Shown in pieces: positions 47,707 to 56,987 of a DNA stretch of 64,000 bases. The notes beneath the pieces are model-generated. The model had not been told where the DNA came from. It saw nothing but the letters and a program-made list of their open reading frames with translations, and did not search any database. How positions within the stretch are numbered: the first letter of the stretch is position 1; every line of letters starts with the position of its first letter. Made by a program: the position numbers and the translations under genes. The DNA comes from Actinomycetota bacterium (GTDB lineage: Bacteria > Actinomycetota > UBA4738 > HRBIN12), in NCBI GenBank assembly GCA_016201135.1, contig JACQDK010000073.1, positions 2,416 through 66,415 of the forward strand, read 5' to 3'.

Positions 47707-49503
47707 TCAGGGAGCCTGCTGCGCTTCGGGCAGACACGGCAGCTGCGAGAACATGGCCGTCGGCAACACCGAGGCGAAGACCGGGTCGCCGGCGGTCGCC
47801 GGGTTGGGCACGGACCCGCTCGCGATCGTCTGGGCCTGCGTGAGCCCGAGGATGAAGTGCGAGATGTCGACCGCGGTCACGTGGTTCCGCGCGAGCTCTT
47901 GAGGGTCGAGCCAGATCTGCGTGGGCCGGAGCTTCTCGATCAGCGGGATCTTGTCGCCGTCGTGATCGAACTGAGCGTTGATGGCCTTCTCCAGCCTGCC
48001 GACGTCGATCAGGAACGCGCCACTCACCGCCGGCGAGTATTGGGTGCCGTGGTCGGCGGTCAGGGTCATGACCCACTTGCCGGCGCCCACGGTCTGGTTG
48101 AGGAACCCGACGAGCTGGCGCAGGGCCTGGTCCTGGATCGAGACGGTGTCGGACATCTCGGGGCTGTTGAGGCTGAACAGGTGCCCGATCGTGTCGATCG
48201 CCTTGTAGTTGAGGTAGAGGAGGTCTGGAACGGCGTCCTTGCCGAACCCCTCGCGCTGGATCACGGTCTCGACCAGCTTCGTCTGGAACGGCGTCCTTGC
48301 CGGTGTGTCGAACCCGCCCTTCAACTGCTGGATCGAGCTGCCGCGCCACAGGCCGTCCAGCTTGCCGTCGAGGGCATCGATCTGACGCGTGTAGCTCGAG
48401 AGCGGCGGGAGCGAGTTCGCGTACGCAGGGAACGTGTAGTAGGGCCGGAGCGACTGGCTCAGGACCCACTTCGGAGCCTCGAGGCCGGAGGTCACCGCTC
48501 CGCCGAACTGGCGGGTGAGCGCGAGGTCGCGGTCTCCGCCCTGCCAGAAGGAGCCGTGGCTCATCATCATCACGTGGCTCGAGAGGGTCGCCACGATCCC
48601 GACCAGCGGGCGATTGTGCATCGCGCGGTCGTACAGATCCCCGAGCGTCGGGAGGACGAGCAGGCCGGGCCCCATGTCCGTCGGTTGCGCGATCCGGTCC
48701 CCGATCCGGACGAAGTCGTCGACGAAGCCGTTGTGCATCGGGAACGCCCCGGTGCCGATCTCGGAGTGCCCAGGCGGGGTGTTCGAGGGCGACGCGCCGA
48801 CCGACGCGTGAGTGAACCACGCCCCTCGAGATCGGAGCGAGTTCAGGTACGGCGTGTCCTGCTGCCACGTGTCGAGCACGTCGTTGCCGCCCGAATCCCA
48901 CACGAGCGTGACGACGAGCCTCGGGAGCGGGCGCTGCGACGCCGGAAGGAGCGCCTGCGTCTGAGCCGAGCCGTCGGGAGCGTTGAAGGGGAACTTGAGG
49001 AGCGCGCCTTCCGTCGGGGCTATGTCCGTGAGGTAGACGGGCTTCGTATACACGCCCGGTCGCACGAAACCGGGTCCGTAAATGAAGATCGGAACGTTCT
49101 GCGTGTAGTCGTAGGGGGTGGCATGCGAGAGACCGGAGTTCACGAAGTTCGGGAACTTCGGGATCATGGAGATGTCCCCGGAGCGACCCGGCATGATGCC
49201 GTGCCAGGTGCGCAGCAGCACCTCGTGCGTATCGTTCGCGCAGGCGGCCTTGACGAGCGCCGCGGCGCCCTGCCCGGTCACCTGCACCAGCGTCTGGGTC
49301 GGCGAGGTCGGTGCGGCAGCGGACACCGACGAGGTGGTCGCTGCGGCGGGGGAGGACGGGCTCCCGCCCGACGCCCCGGTGGCGGCGCTGCACGCCCCGG
49401 CCACGAGCGTGGCCACCGTCAACATGACGAGGGTCCGGCGCCGGCCCCTCCAGGGCGGCCGGGCCGCCCCAGTGCCTCCGCGCGCGATCGATCCCATGAT
49501 CAC
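47707..49503 (-). CDS. Alkaline-phosphatase-superfamily lipoprotein (PafA-like, permuted order)
   Basis: Lipobox VAGAC; LVWD, TPPGH, DTIGH, TADHG, SH..PYDY..VP. Confidence 0.85.
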   Translation of the reverse strand: MIMGSIARGGTGAARPPWRGRRRTLVMLTVATLVAGACSAATGASGGSPSSPAAATTSSVSAAAPTSPTQTLVQVTGQGAAALVKAACANDTHEVLLRTWHGIMPGRSGDISMIPKFPNFVNSGLSHATPYDYTQNVPIFIYGPGFVRPGVYTKPVYLTDIAPTEGALLKFPFNAPDGSAQTQALLPASQRPLPRLVVTLVWDSGGNDVLDTWQQDTPYLNSLRSRGAWFTHASVGASPSNTPPGHSEIGTGAFPMHNGFVDDFVRIGDRIAQPTDMGPGLLVLPTLGDLYDRAMHNRPLVGIVATLSSHVMMMSHGSFWQGGDRDLALTRQFGGAVTSGLEAPKWVLSQSLRPYYTFPAYANSLPPLSSYTRQIDALDGKLDGLWRGSSIQQLKGGFDTPARTPFQTKLVETVIQREGFGKDAVPDLLYLNYKAIDTIGHLFSLNSPEMSDTVSIQDQALRQLVGFLNQTVGAGKWVMTLTADHGTQYSPAVSGAFLIDVGRLEKAINAQFDHDGDKIPLIEKLRPTQIWLDPQELARNHVTAVDISHFILGLTQAQTIASGSVPNPATAGDPVFASVLPTAMFSQLPCLPEAQQAP

Positions 49504-49719
49504 CTCGACGTCCTCGGCTCCGGAGCGCGATCTCGCGCCCCGCGTCGTGATCCAGCCACCACCGACGACCCGGTCCCCCTGGTCCGCGGTGGTGTCTGCC
49601 GCGAGACCCGCGGCGACCGCACATACTACCGTCCTGTGGGACCGGCGCCGGAGGCCCGGGGGGCCGCTGGGGACCGGCTCCGGGGCCCGCTGCGCAAGAA
49701 CGTGCGGTAGCCTCGTGCG

Positions 49720-51033
49720 GTGAGTCCCGGACGACGTCTGAGTTTCCTGCTCGTCGTCCTCCTGCTAGCAGGCCTGCCGCCGGTCGTTCTCCGCGCCCTG
49801 TGCGTGGGAAAGACGTGCGGCAGCTCATCGTCGGTCTCCGCCCGCGTACCCTTCTGCCCACTTCCGGACGCGATCAAGACCCTGGTGGCGGCCGGCTACC
49901 GGAGCGGGCGCTCGCCCGACGTGCTGGGGGTGACCGTCTCGACCACGCTGGCGAGCCGCGACGGCGTGGCGTGGCCGACGACCACACCTCTGCCCGACAC
50001 CCGGGTGCCGATCGCGCTGTTCGGCGCCGGGATCGCGCCGCGAGTGCCCCTGCCGGAAGGGACCGGCCTCGATCAGATCGCACCCACGCTCGCGGACGCG
50101 CTGCACTTCCGACGGGACCACCCGGAGGTGCGCGCGGGAACGGCGGTCCCCGGTGTCGCCTCCGGAGCCGCGCCCCGTCTGGTCGTGGAGATCGTGTGGA
50201 AGGGCGTCGGGACCGCGGACCTGAAGGCCGCGCCGGGCGAGTGGCCCTACCTCCGGAGGCTCACCAGCGGCGCAGCCGACGCGACGCTCGACGGCACCAC
50301 CGGCTCGGTGCCTATGGAGCCGGCGGCGACCCTCACCACGATCGGGACGGGTGGTCTGCCCTCCCAGCACGGCATCACCGGGCCCATCGTGCGCAACGAC
50401 TCCGGCGACATCGTGCCGGCTTGGGGGCCCGGCGCCCCGGCCTCGATCATCTCGACGCTCCCCGACGACCTCGACTTCAAGCTCGGAGAAGCCCCGAGGA
50501 TCGGCCTGGTCGCGCCCGACGCCACGGACAGAGGCCTGATCGGCGGGAACTGGTACGTTCCGCACGACCGGGACGACGTCGTGATCGGTCGGGGCGATCC
50601 GATGACTGCGGTTCGGAGGCTGCTGGCATCCGGGTACGGCGCCGACGGGGTCCCCGATCTGCTGGGAGTCGTGCTGGGCGGCTCCATCCCTTCGATGGAC
50701 CGGATCACGCGCGAGGTCGTGGCGGCCGCGGAAGCGCTGCACGTTCCGGCCGCCTTCGTGGTGACCGCGACTGGCACCTTGGCTCCGGCAACGGCGATGG
50801 ACGCCGCGAGCGTCGTCGCCGGCGTTGACGCGGCCGTGCCCTCCGGCCGCGCGGTCGTGGCGGGCGCCGTTGCCGGCGGGGTCTTCCTCGACCAGGACGT
50901 GCTGGCCCAGAGCGGCCTCTCGTCGAACGCGGCGGTCGACGCGATGCTGAAGCTCCGCTCTCCAGGCGGGGATGAGAGGCTGTTCACGGACGCCTTCCCC
51001 GGGTTCGCCGTCTCCTTCGCGAGGTACTGCTGA
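49720..51033 (+). CDS. Degenerate alkaline-phosphatase-like paralog
   Basis: VPIALFGAG, QIAPTLA, PRLVVEIVWK, IGTGGLPSQHGI; metal ligands missing. Confidence 0.75.
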   Translation: MSPGRRLSFLLVVLLLAGLPPVVLRALCVGKTCGSSSSVSARVPFCPLPDAIKTLVAAGYRSGRSPDVLGVTVSTTLASRDGVAWPTTTPLPDTRVPIALFGAGIAPRVPLPEGTGLDQIAPTLADALHFRRDHPEVRAGTAVPGVASGAAPRLVVEIVWKGVGTADLKAAPGEWPYLRRLTSGAADATLDGTTGSVPMEPAATLTTIGTGGLPSQHGITGPIVRNDSGDIVPAWGPGAPASIISTLPDDLDFKLGEAPRIGLVAPDATDRGLIGGNWYVPHDRDDVVIGRGDPMTAVRRLLASGYGADGVPDLLGVVLGGSIPSMDRITREVVAAAEALHVPAAFVVTATGTLAPATAMDAASVVAGVDAAVPSGRAVVAGAVAGGVFLDQDVLAQSGLSSNAAVDAMLKLRSPGGDERLFTDAFPGFAVSFARYC

Positions 51034-52043
51034 TGGCCGGCATCGCATCTCCGGCGCGGCGAGACGTGGCCACGGCCAGAACGGCCGCGATCCTCGTCGG
51101 CGGGCTCGCGGCGATCGCCGCCGCGCTCCGCCTGATCGAGCCGGGTCGGGTAGCGTGGATCCAGGCCGCGCTGATCGTGTTCGGCGGGCTCGTGATCCAG
51201 GCTCTCCCGTTCGTGCTGATCGGCGCGCTCGCTTCGGCGGCGATCGAGGTGTTCGTTCCGCCGACGGCCCTCGACAGGCTCGCCGACCTCCCGCGCGCGT
51301 TGCAGCTCCCGGCGGCGGGGCTGGCGGGGATCGCGTTCCCGATCTGCGAGTGCGGTTCGGTTCCGGTGGCGCGCCGCCTGATGGCCAAGGGCCTGCTGCC
51401 GTCGGCGGCGATCACCTTCATGCTCGCGGCGCCCGTGCTGAATCCAGTCGTGATCGCCTCGACTTTCGTCGCGTACCGGGGCCGGAGCGCCCTCTGGACG
51501 ATGGTGATAGGCCGGTTCAGCCTGGGTCTCGTGGTCGCGATCCTGGTGGGTTGGGTCCTCGGCGGCCGGTCGAAGGCCGAGCTGCTCCGGCCGAGCGGGC
51601 ACCACGAGAAGCACGAGCACGTGGAGCTCGGCCGCCCGGAGCCGAGGTGGCGCACCTTCTTCGTTCACATGGGGAACGACTTCCTGTTCATGGGACGGTT
51701 CCTTCTGCTCGGCGCCACCGTGGCGGCGCTCGTGCAGACGTTCATGCCCCAGGGGATCGTCTCGCGCGTGGCCGGGGTGCCGATCCTCGACATCGTCGTG
51801 ATGATGGGACTCGCGGCCGTGCTCTCCCTCTGCTCTGAGTCCGACGCGTTCATCGCGGCGTCGTTCGTGCAGTTCGGGCCCGCTGCGCAGCTCGCGTTCC
51901 TCGTGTTCGGGCCGATGGTGGACTTCAAGCTCGGCGCGCTCTACGCGGGAACGTTCGGAAAGGCGACGCTCCGCACGATCGTGATCTCGGTGGGCGCGGC
52001 GACGCTGGTGGGGGCGCTCTGGGTGAAGGTGTTGACAGGATGA
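51033..52043 (+). CDS. DUF318/YcgR-type permease
   Basis: PICECG, APVLNP, LCSESDAF. Confidence 0.9.
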   Translation: MAGIASPARRDVATARTAAILVGGLAAIAAALRLIEPGRVAWIQAALIVFGGLVIQALPFVLIGALASAAIEVFVPPTALDRLADLPRALQLPAAGLAGIAFPICECGSVPVARRLMAKGLLPSAAITFMLAAPVLNPVVIASTFVAYRGRSALWTMVIGRFSLGLVVAILVGWVLGGRSKAELLRPSGHHEKHEHVELGRPEPRWRTFFVHMGNDFLFMGRFLLLGATVAALVQTFMPQGIVSRVAGVPILDIVVMMGLAAVLSLCSESDAFIAASFVQFGPAAQLAFLVFGPMVDFKLGALYAGTFGKATLRTIVISVGAATLVGALWVKVLTG

Positions 52044-52807
52044 GGGAGACGGTCCCCGCGTCGGCGCCCAACGGGAAACCCGAGGCGGAGCCGACCGCGT
52101 GGAGCCCGTCCCGGTTGGCCGGCGGCCTCGTGCTCGCCGCGTGGGCGTTCCTGTTCTGGTTCCTGTTCTTCACCGGCCGCGTGAACCTGTACCTGTCGAC
52201 GCGGACCTCGTGGGTGGTGCCGGTGGGCGCGGTCCTGCTTACCCTGGCGGCGGCCGGGCGCCTGATCGCCGCACGCGTGAGGCGGCCCGAGCCGGTGCGA
52301 CGGCGCGAGGCCGCGGTGATGGCGCTGATGGTGCTGCCGGTCGTGGTCGTGCTCGCGCTGCCGACGGCCACCCTCGGCTCGTTCAGCGCATCGAAGAAGA
52401 CCACGTTCACCTCGGCCGCCTTCTCGAGCGTGTACGGACAGATCACCGCGACAAGCGAGATCACCCTGCTTTCCGTGGCTGCGGCGCAGACGACATCCAA
52501 CGGCGCTCAGGCCCTGGCCAAGCGCGCCGGCAGCGAGGTCGACTTCGTCGGGTTCGTGACGCGCTACGCGGACACGCCGGCCGGCGAGTTCCTGCTCACG
52601 CGTTACGTGATCACCTGCTGCGTGGCCGACGCGACGGTCGTGCAGGTCCTCGTCGTGAACGTGGTGCCCGGGCGGTTCCAGACCAACGACTGGGTCGAGG
52701 TGAAGGGCCCGATCTACCCGATCGGGCGCGAGGTGATCCTGAACGCCGGGTCTGCAGACTCGATAGTGAAGATCCCTCGCCCGGCCAAGCCCTACCTCAC
52801 GCCCTAG
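52040..52807 (+). CDS. TIGR03943/YcgQ-type permease partner
   Basis: GFV, RYVITCCVADA, WVEVKG, PYL. Confidence 0.9.
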   Translation: MRETVPASAPNGKPEAEPTAWSPSRLAGGLVLAAWAFLFWFLFFTGRVNLYLSTRTSWVVPVGAVLLTLAAAGRLIAARVRRPEPVRRREAAVMALMVLPVVVVLALPTATLGSFSASKKTTFTSAAFSSVYGQITATSEITLLSVAAAQTTSNGAQALAKRAGSEVDFVGFVTRYADTPAGEFLLTRYVITCCVADATVVQVLVVNVVPGRFQTNDWVEVKGPIYPIGREVILNAGSADSIVKIPRPAKPYLTP

Positions 52808-53255
52808 CCGCGGTTCCCCTGGTTGCGCAGCGGCCGCAGCGGCCTATCAGGTCGAGCCGGTGGGCGACGCTCGCGAAGCCGGCGCGGCGAGCCAGCCGGT
52901 CCAGGGTGCGGTCGACCTCGCGCTCGAGGTCCTCGGGGACCTCGACGTCCTGGACGCGGCCGCAGCTCGAGCAGATGAGGTGGTGGTGGTGCTCCGTGAG
53001 GTCCTCGGTGAGCTCGTAGCGCCCGAAGCCCTCGTCGGCCGGAACCCGGCGCACCACGCCGGCCCGCTCGAGTGCAGCGAGGTTCCGGTACACGGAACTC
53101 TGCGCGAGGTTGCGGCGACCCCTCAGGATGTCGGGGATCGCGAGCGGCATGCCCGCTCGCTCGAGTATCTCGACCAGGTGGCGGCGCTGTCGCGTGTAGC
53201 GCCCGCCAGACTCTCCGAGCCGCACGGCGGTCACCTCGTGCAAATCGGCGCCCAT
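52797..53255 (-). CDS. Fur-family regulator, probably Zur
   Basis: SSVYRNL, HHHHLICSSCG, CGRC; follows znuCB. Confidence 0.9.
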   Translation of the reverse strand: MGADLHEVTAVRLGESGGRYTRQRRHLVEILERAGMPLAIPDILRGRRNLAQSSVYRNLAALERAGVVRRVPADEGFGRYELTEDLTEHHHHLICSSCGRVQDVEVPEDLEREVDRTLDRLARRAGFASVAHRLDLIGRCGRCATRGTAARA

Positions 53256-53257
53256 GG

Positions 53258-54103
53258 TCAGTGGGCCCCCTGGAGCAGCGGGACCGTGCGCTTGGCCACG
53301 GCCACCACCGCGAACAGCGCCGCGGCGACCATGACTATCGCTCCCCCGGGCGAGAGGTTCAGAGGCCGCGAAAGCGCGAGTCCGATCACCGCCGAGCCGG
53401 CTCCGATCGCGACGCCCAGCCGCATCGTGTCGCGGAACGAGCGCGCGAGCAGCTGCGCCGTTGCGACCGGCAGCGCCATCAGCGCGGCCACAAGAAGGAT
53501 CCCCACGATCTTCATCGCCGCCACGATCGCGGCCGCGGTGAGCGCCGCCAGCGCGGCGTTCATCGCATCCACCGGAAGGCCCGCCACGCGCGCCCAGTCC
53601 TCGTCGGTGACGATCGCGAACAGCACGCGGCGAAGGGCCCAGACCCCGGCCGTGATCCCCGTCCCGAGAAGGATCACCGCCCCGACCCCAGCGTCACTCA
53701 CCCTGAAAGGGTCGCCGAACAGGTACGGCAGCGTCTCGAAGTCGATCGAGCCGTTGCCCGCGCGGCTCGCGAACACCACTCCGAGCGCGATGCCGGCGTA
53801 GAAGAAGAGTGCGAGCGCCAGGTCGCCCGAGGCCTTCTTGCGCATCCGCAGGTACTCGACGCCGACCGCTCCAGCGACGGCGAACGCGAGCGCAGTCCAC
53901 ACCGGCCACACGCCGGCGAGCAGCCCCGCGCCGACCCCGGCGAAGGCCACGTGCCCTATGCCGTCGCCCACCAGTGACAGCCGCCGCTGCACCAGGAACG
54001 TCCCGATCACGGGGGCGAACACGCCCACCACGACGCACGCGGCGAGGGCCCGCTGCATGAACGCCGCGTCGAACGGATACGGGAGCGGGATCGCGCCTAT
54101 CAC
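53258..54103 (-). CDS. znuB: Zn/Mn ABC transporter permease
   Basis: GDGIGHVAFAG, YLFGD, VGILLV. Confidence 0.85.
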   Translation of the reverse strand: MIGAIPLPYPFDAAFMQRALAACVVVGVFAPVIGTFLVQRRLSLVGDGIGHVAFAGVGAGLLAGVWPVWTALAFAVAGAVGVEYLRMRKKASGDLALALFFYAGIALGVVFASRAGNGSIDFETLPYLFGDPFRVSDAGVGAVILLGTGITAGVWALRRVLFAIVTDEDWARVAGLPVDAMNAALAALTAAAIVAAMKIVGILLVAALMALPVATAQLLARSFRDTMRLGVAIGAGSAVIGLALSRPLNLSPGGAIVMVAAALFAVVAVAKRTVPLLQGAH

Positions 54104-54879
54104 CGCAGCCCCTCCAGCCACAGCGGGAGGTCGTCGCGGTGCACGCCGAGGGAGACTCCCGAAGCGGCGAGCTCGTCCGGCGTTCCGTCGAACAGAACGT
54201 GCCGTTTCAGCACGACGACGCGGTCGAGGTCGCGCGCGACCGCGGCCAGCTCGTGCGAGACGAGCAACACCCCGGATCCGTGCTCCTGGATCAGGTGCAC
54301 GAGCGAATCGCGGAACTTCCTCTGCGACTCACCGTCGACGCCGGCGATCGGCTCGTCAAGGACCAGCAGATCCGGCCCGCTCGCGAACGCGCGCGCGATG
54401 AACGCGCGCTGCTGCTGGCCTCCGGAGAGCTCGTTCAGCGGCGTGTGGGCGAGGTCGCCCAGGCCCACCGAGGCGAGAGCGTGGTGCACGGCGTCGTGGT
54501 CCTCGGGGCGGAGCGTCCTCCACCAGCCGCGCTGGCGGAGCCGGCCGGCCGACACGATCTCTTCGACCGTGGCCGGCAGCTCGGAAGAGAGGATGGGCCG
54601 TTGCGGCACGTACCCCAGACGCCACCGGTCGTGCACGTCCTCGGGCGCCGCGCCGAACAGCCGAACCGAGCCGAGCGACGCGGGCAGCGAGCCCAGGAGG
54701 ATCTTCAGCAGCGTGGACTTGCCCGCGCCGTTCGGCCCGACGAGCGCAACGAACTCGCCCGGATGAACGGCGAGCGAGACCTCGTCCAGCACGGACCCGC
54801 GCCCGAAGGAGAACGAGACCCCGCGGGCTTCCAGGAGCGGCACGCCGGGGGCCGGACCGGGCTCCGTCGCCGCGGTCAT
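54100..54879 (-). CDS. znuC: Zn/Mn ABC transporter ATPase
   Basis: GPNGAGKS, GYVPQ, LSGGQQQR, LDEP. Confidence 0.88.
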   Translation of the reverse strand: MTAATEPGPAPGVPLLEARGVSFSFGRGSVLDEVSLAVHPGEFVALVGPNGAGKSTLLKILLGSLPASLGSVRLFGAAPEDVHDRWRLGYVPQRPILSSELPATVEEIVSAGRLRQRGWWRTLRPEDHDAVHHALASVGLGDLAHTPLNELSGGQQQRAFIARAFASGPDLLVLDEPIAGVDGESQRKFRDSLVHLIQEHGSGVLLVSHELAAVARDLDRVVVLKRHVLFDGTPDELAASGVSLGVHRDDLPLWLEGLR

Positions 54880-54897
54880 CCGGCCCGGCTCCAGGAC

Positions 54898-54914
54898 ATG
54901 AGAATGGTTCTCAT
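54898..54914. promoter_or_regulatory. Zur/Fur box
   Basis: ATGAGAA-TGG-TTCTCAT palindrome 18 nt upstream of the znuC ATG. Confidence 0.8.
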
Positions 54915-55082
54915 CATCATTTCCTGAAGCGTACGGCGCCGAGTGGCCCAGCGTCAATCGGATGGCCGCTTCGCGCAGAGCGGGTAGAGGACCTGCGTGA
55001 ACCATCGCACCTCAGCGGCCTCCACGGCCCGGTTCACGGCCCTTGCGGACCGTGAACCGGGCCGTGCCGCAGCCCTTGGCCA

Positions 55083-55427
55083 CTACTCCCCCGACTTCAC
55101 GATCCCGATCACGTTTCCCTCAGGGTCGGCGAACTCCGCGAACACGACCATGCCCATGTCCGTCACAGGTGTCACGGTCTTGCCGCCCGCCTGCTCGATC
55201 TCGGCGAGCTTGGCCTCGAGGTCGGGGACCTCGATCACGATGTTCACCCGGGAAGCTCCCTGCGTTATGCCGCCGCCGATCCCCTTCTCCTGGGCGTTGG
55301 TGTGGACCATCCCGTACCCCATGTTCTCCGGGTCGTGGATCTCCCACCCGAACGCCTTCGCGTAGAACTCGTTCAGAGCGGTCGGGTTGCTCCCGTAGAT
55401 CTCGAAGTGCACGACGGGGTTGCCCAC
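55083..55427 (-). CDS. VOC/glyoxalase family protein
   Basis: VVHFEI, FYAKAFGW, FADPEGN. Confidence 0.9.
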   Translation of the reverse strand: MGNPVVHFEIYGSNPTALNEFYAKAFGWEIHDPENMGYGMVHTNAQEKGIGGGITQGASRVNIVIEVPDLEAKLAEIEQAGGKTVTPVTDMGMVVFAEFADPEGNVIGIVKSGE

Positions 55428-55428
55428 G

Positions 55429-55887
55429 TCACATCCCTCCTTCCGTCTCGACCCAGGGATCGGGCCCCGGGTCTCGTCCCTCCGCGGCCTCCACCAGGCG
55501 CGGCAAGAAGTGCTCCCAGCCCTCGGCGTGACCAGGCCCTGCGGCCTCGGGCAGGTCGCGGTGGGTCAGCGTCACGACGGTCTCATCGCCCTCGGGCGTG
55601 AGCGTGATCTCCACGGTGCTGGAGCCGGGCGGCACGTTCGGGTCGCCCTCCCAGCCCCACGTGAAGACGACTCGCCGAGGCGGCTCCACCAGGACGTACT
55701 CGCCCGCGACCACGGCCTTTCCCGTCACGTTCACCCGGTACTTCCCACCGGGCTTCGGCTCGAGCGTGGCCTCGACCCCCTTCCACCTCATCATCTTCTC
55801 CGGATCGACGAGGAAGCCGAAGATCGTCTCCGGCGTCGCCTTGATCCGGACCTCACGCGTGACGACGACGGTCCCCTGCGCTTGCAC
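55429..55887 (-). CDS. SRPBCC/AHSA1 domain protein
   Basis: PPRRVVFTWGW, HAEGW. Confidence 0.88.
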   Translation of the reverse strand: MQAQGTVVVTREVRIKATPETIFGFLVDPEKMMRWKGVEATLEPKPGGKYRVNVTGKAVVAGEYVLVEPPRRVVFTWGWEGDPNVPPGSSTVEITLTPEGDETVVTLTHRDLPEAAGPGHAEGWEHFLPRLVEAAEGRDPGPDPWVETEGGM

Positions 55888-56194
55888 GGGCCTTCCTCCT
55901 CTCCTCTTTCTCCGCTGCACGCTTCAGCGCGGAGAGGTTCTCCTCCCAGAAGCCCTCCAGGAACTCCCGGAGCTCCTCGAGGCCCTCGGGGTGGGCGCGG
56001 TAGTAGCGCCTGGTGCCCTCCCTCCGCTCGAAGATCAAGTCGGCCTCCTTCAGGACGCGGAGGTGCTGCGAGATCGCTGGCCGGCTGACGTCGAAGTGGG
56101 CGGCTATGTCGCCGGCCGAGCGCTCGGCGTCCCAGACGAGACGCAGGATCTCCCGACGGCGGGGCTCGGCGATCGCCTTCAGCGCGGCTTCCAC
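55853..56194 (-). CDS. ArsR-family repressor
   Basis: AEPRRREIL, SRPAISQHLRVL. Confidence 0.9.
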   Translation of the reverse strand: MEAALKAIAEPRRREILRLVWDAERSAGDIAAHFDVSRPAISQHLRVLKEADLIFERREGTRRYYRAHPEGLEELREFLEGFWEENLSALKRAAEKEERRKARASAGDRRRHA

Positions 56195-56199
56195 GGTCA

Positions 56200-56240
56200 G
56201 ATATTTAAGGCTTAGCTTACGTAAGTGTCAACTTAAGGAT
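56200..56240 (-). promoter_or_regulatory. Promoter/operator of the arsR-SRPBCC-VOC operon
   Basis: Minus-strand TTGACA; two tandem TAAG-N6-CTTA palindromes. Confidence 0.65.
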
Positions 56241-56326
56241 TCTTGCCCCGCGGGTGCCCACGTGCGCGGGCTTGACCCGCGGGGCTTCCCGCGCGCTAGC
56301 CCCACGGGCTACGCTCCGAAGGGAAG

Positions 56327-56692
56327 ATGGCGACCGTCCGGGAGATCATGAGCACGGAGCTCGTCTCCGTCGAGACCACCTCGACGGTGGCCGAGGCCGC
56401 GACCGTCATGGGCGGACGTCACGTGGGCTCCGCCCTCGTGATGGAGGGCGGCCGGCTCGCCGGCATCTTCACGGAGCGAGACATCCTCAGGGCACTCGCG
56501 TCGGACTTCGACGCGGCGCACCACGGCGTGGCCCAGTGGATGACGAGCGGGCCGGTGAGCGTGTCTCCTGACACGCCCATCTCCGAGGCGCGCGACCTGA
56601 TGCTCGCGCAGGGCTTCCGGCACCTTCCCGTCGTCGAGGACGGCCGGGTGCTGGGGATCGTGTCGCTGCGCGACGTCACCGCTCGCGACTAG
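56327..56692 (+). CDS. CBS domain protein
   Basis: GIFTERD, RHLPVV. Confidence 0.9.
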   Translation: MATVREIMSTELVSVETTSTVAEAATVMGGRHVGSALVMEGGRLAGIFTERDILRALASDFDAAHHGVAQWMTSGPVSVSPDTPISEARDLMLAQGFRHLPVVEDGRVLGIVSLRDVTARD

Positions 56693-56880
56693 AACCCGGC
56701 CTTACCGCTCCGATCGGGCAGCGCGTCGGCGACCTCCTTCAGGGCCTTGAACACCTCGCGGAACACCTCGGCCACGAACGGGGGAGGCTGGCTGCCCGCG
56801 CCCCCCACCGCGCCCCGTAGGGCCGAAGCCGTGAGCTCCACGGACTTCTCGAACACCATCCAGTCGTGCTCGCGCGACAT
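56689..56880 (-). CDS. Small hypothetical protein
   Basis: RBS GGAGG; MSREHDWMVFEKSVELTASALRG... Confidence 0.55.
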   Translation of the reverse strand: MSREHDWMVFEKSVELTASALRGAVGGAGSQPPPFVAEVFREVFKALKEVADALPDRSGKAGF

Positions 56881-56987
56881 CTGAACCTCCATCCGATCCC
56901 CCAAGCTCGATCCGTGACGACAGGCTACCGGACCGCCGCAGGTTGACCCGGCGCGGACCCGGCCCGCGTGTTGCGACCCGCGGCGCC

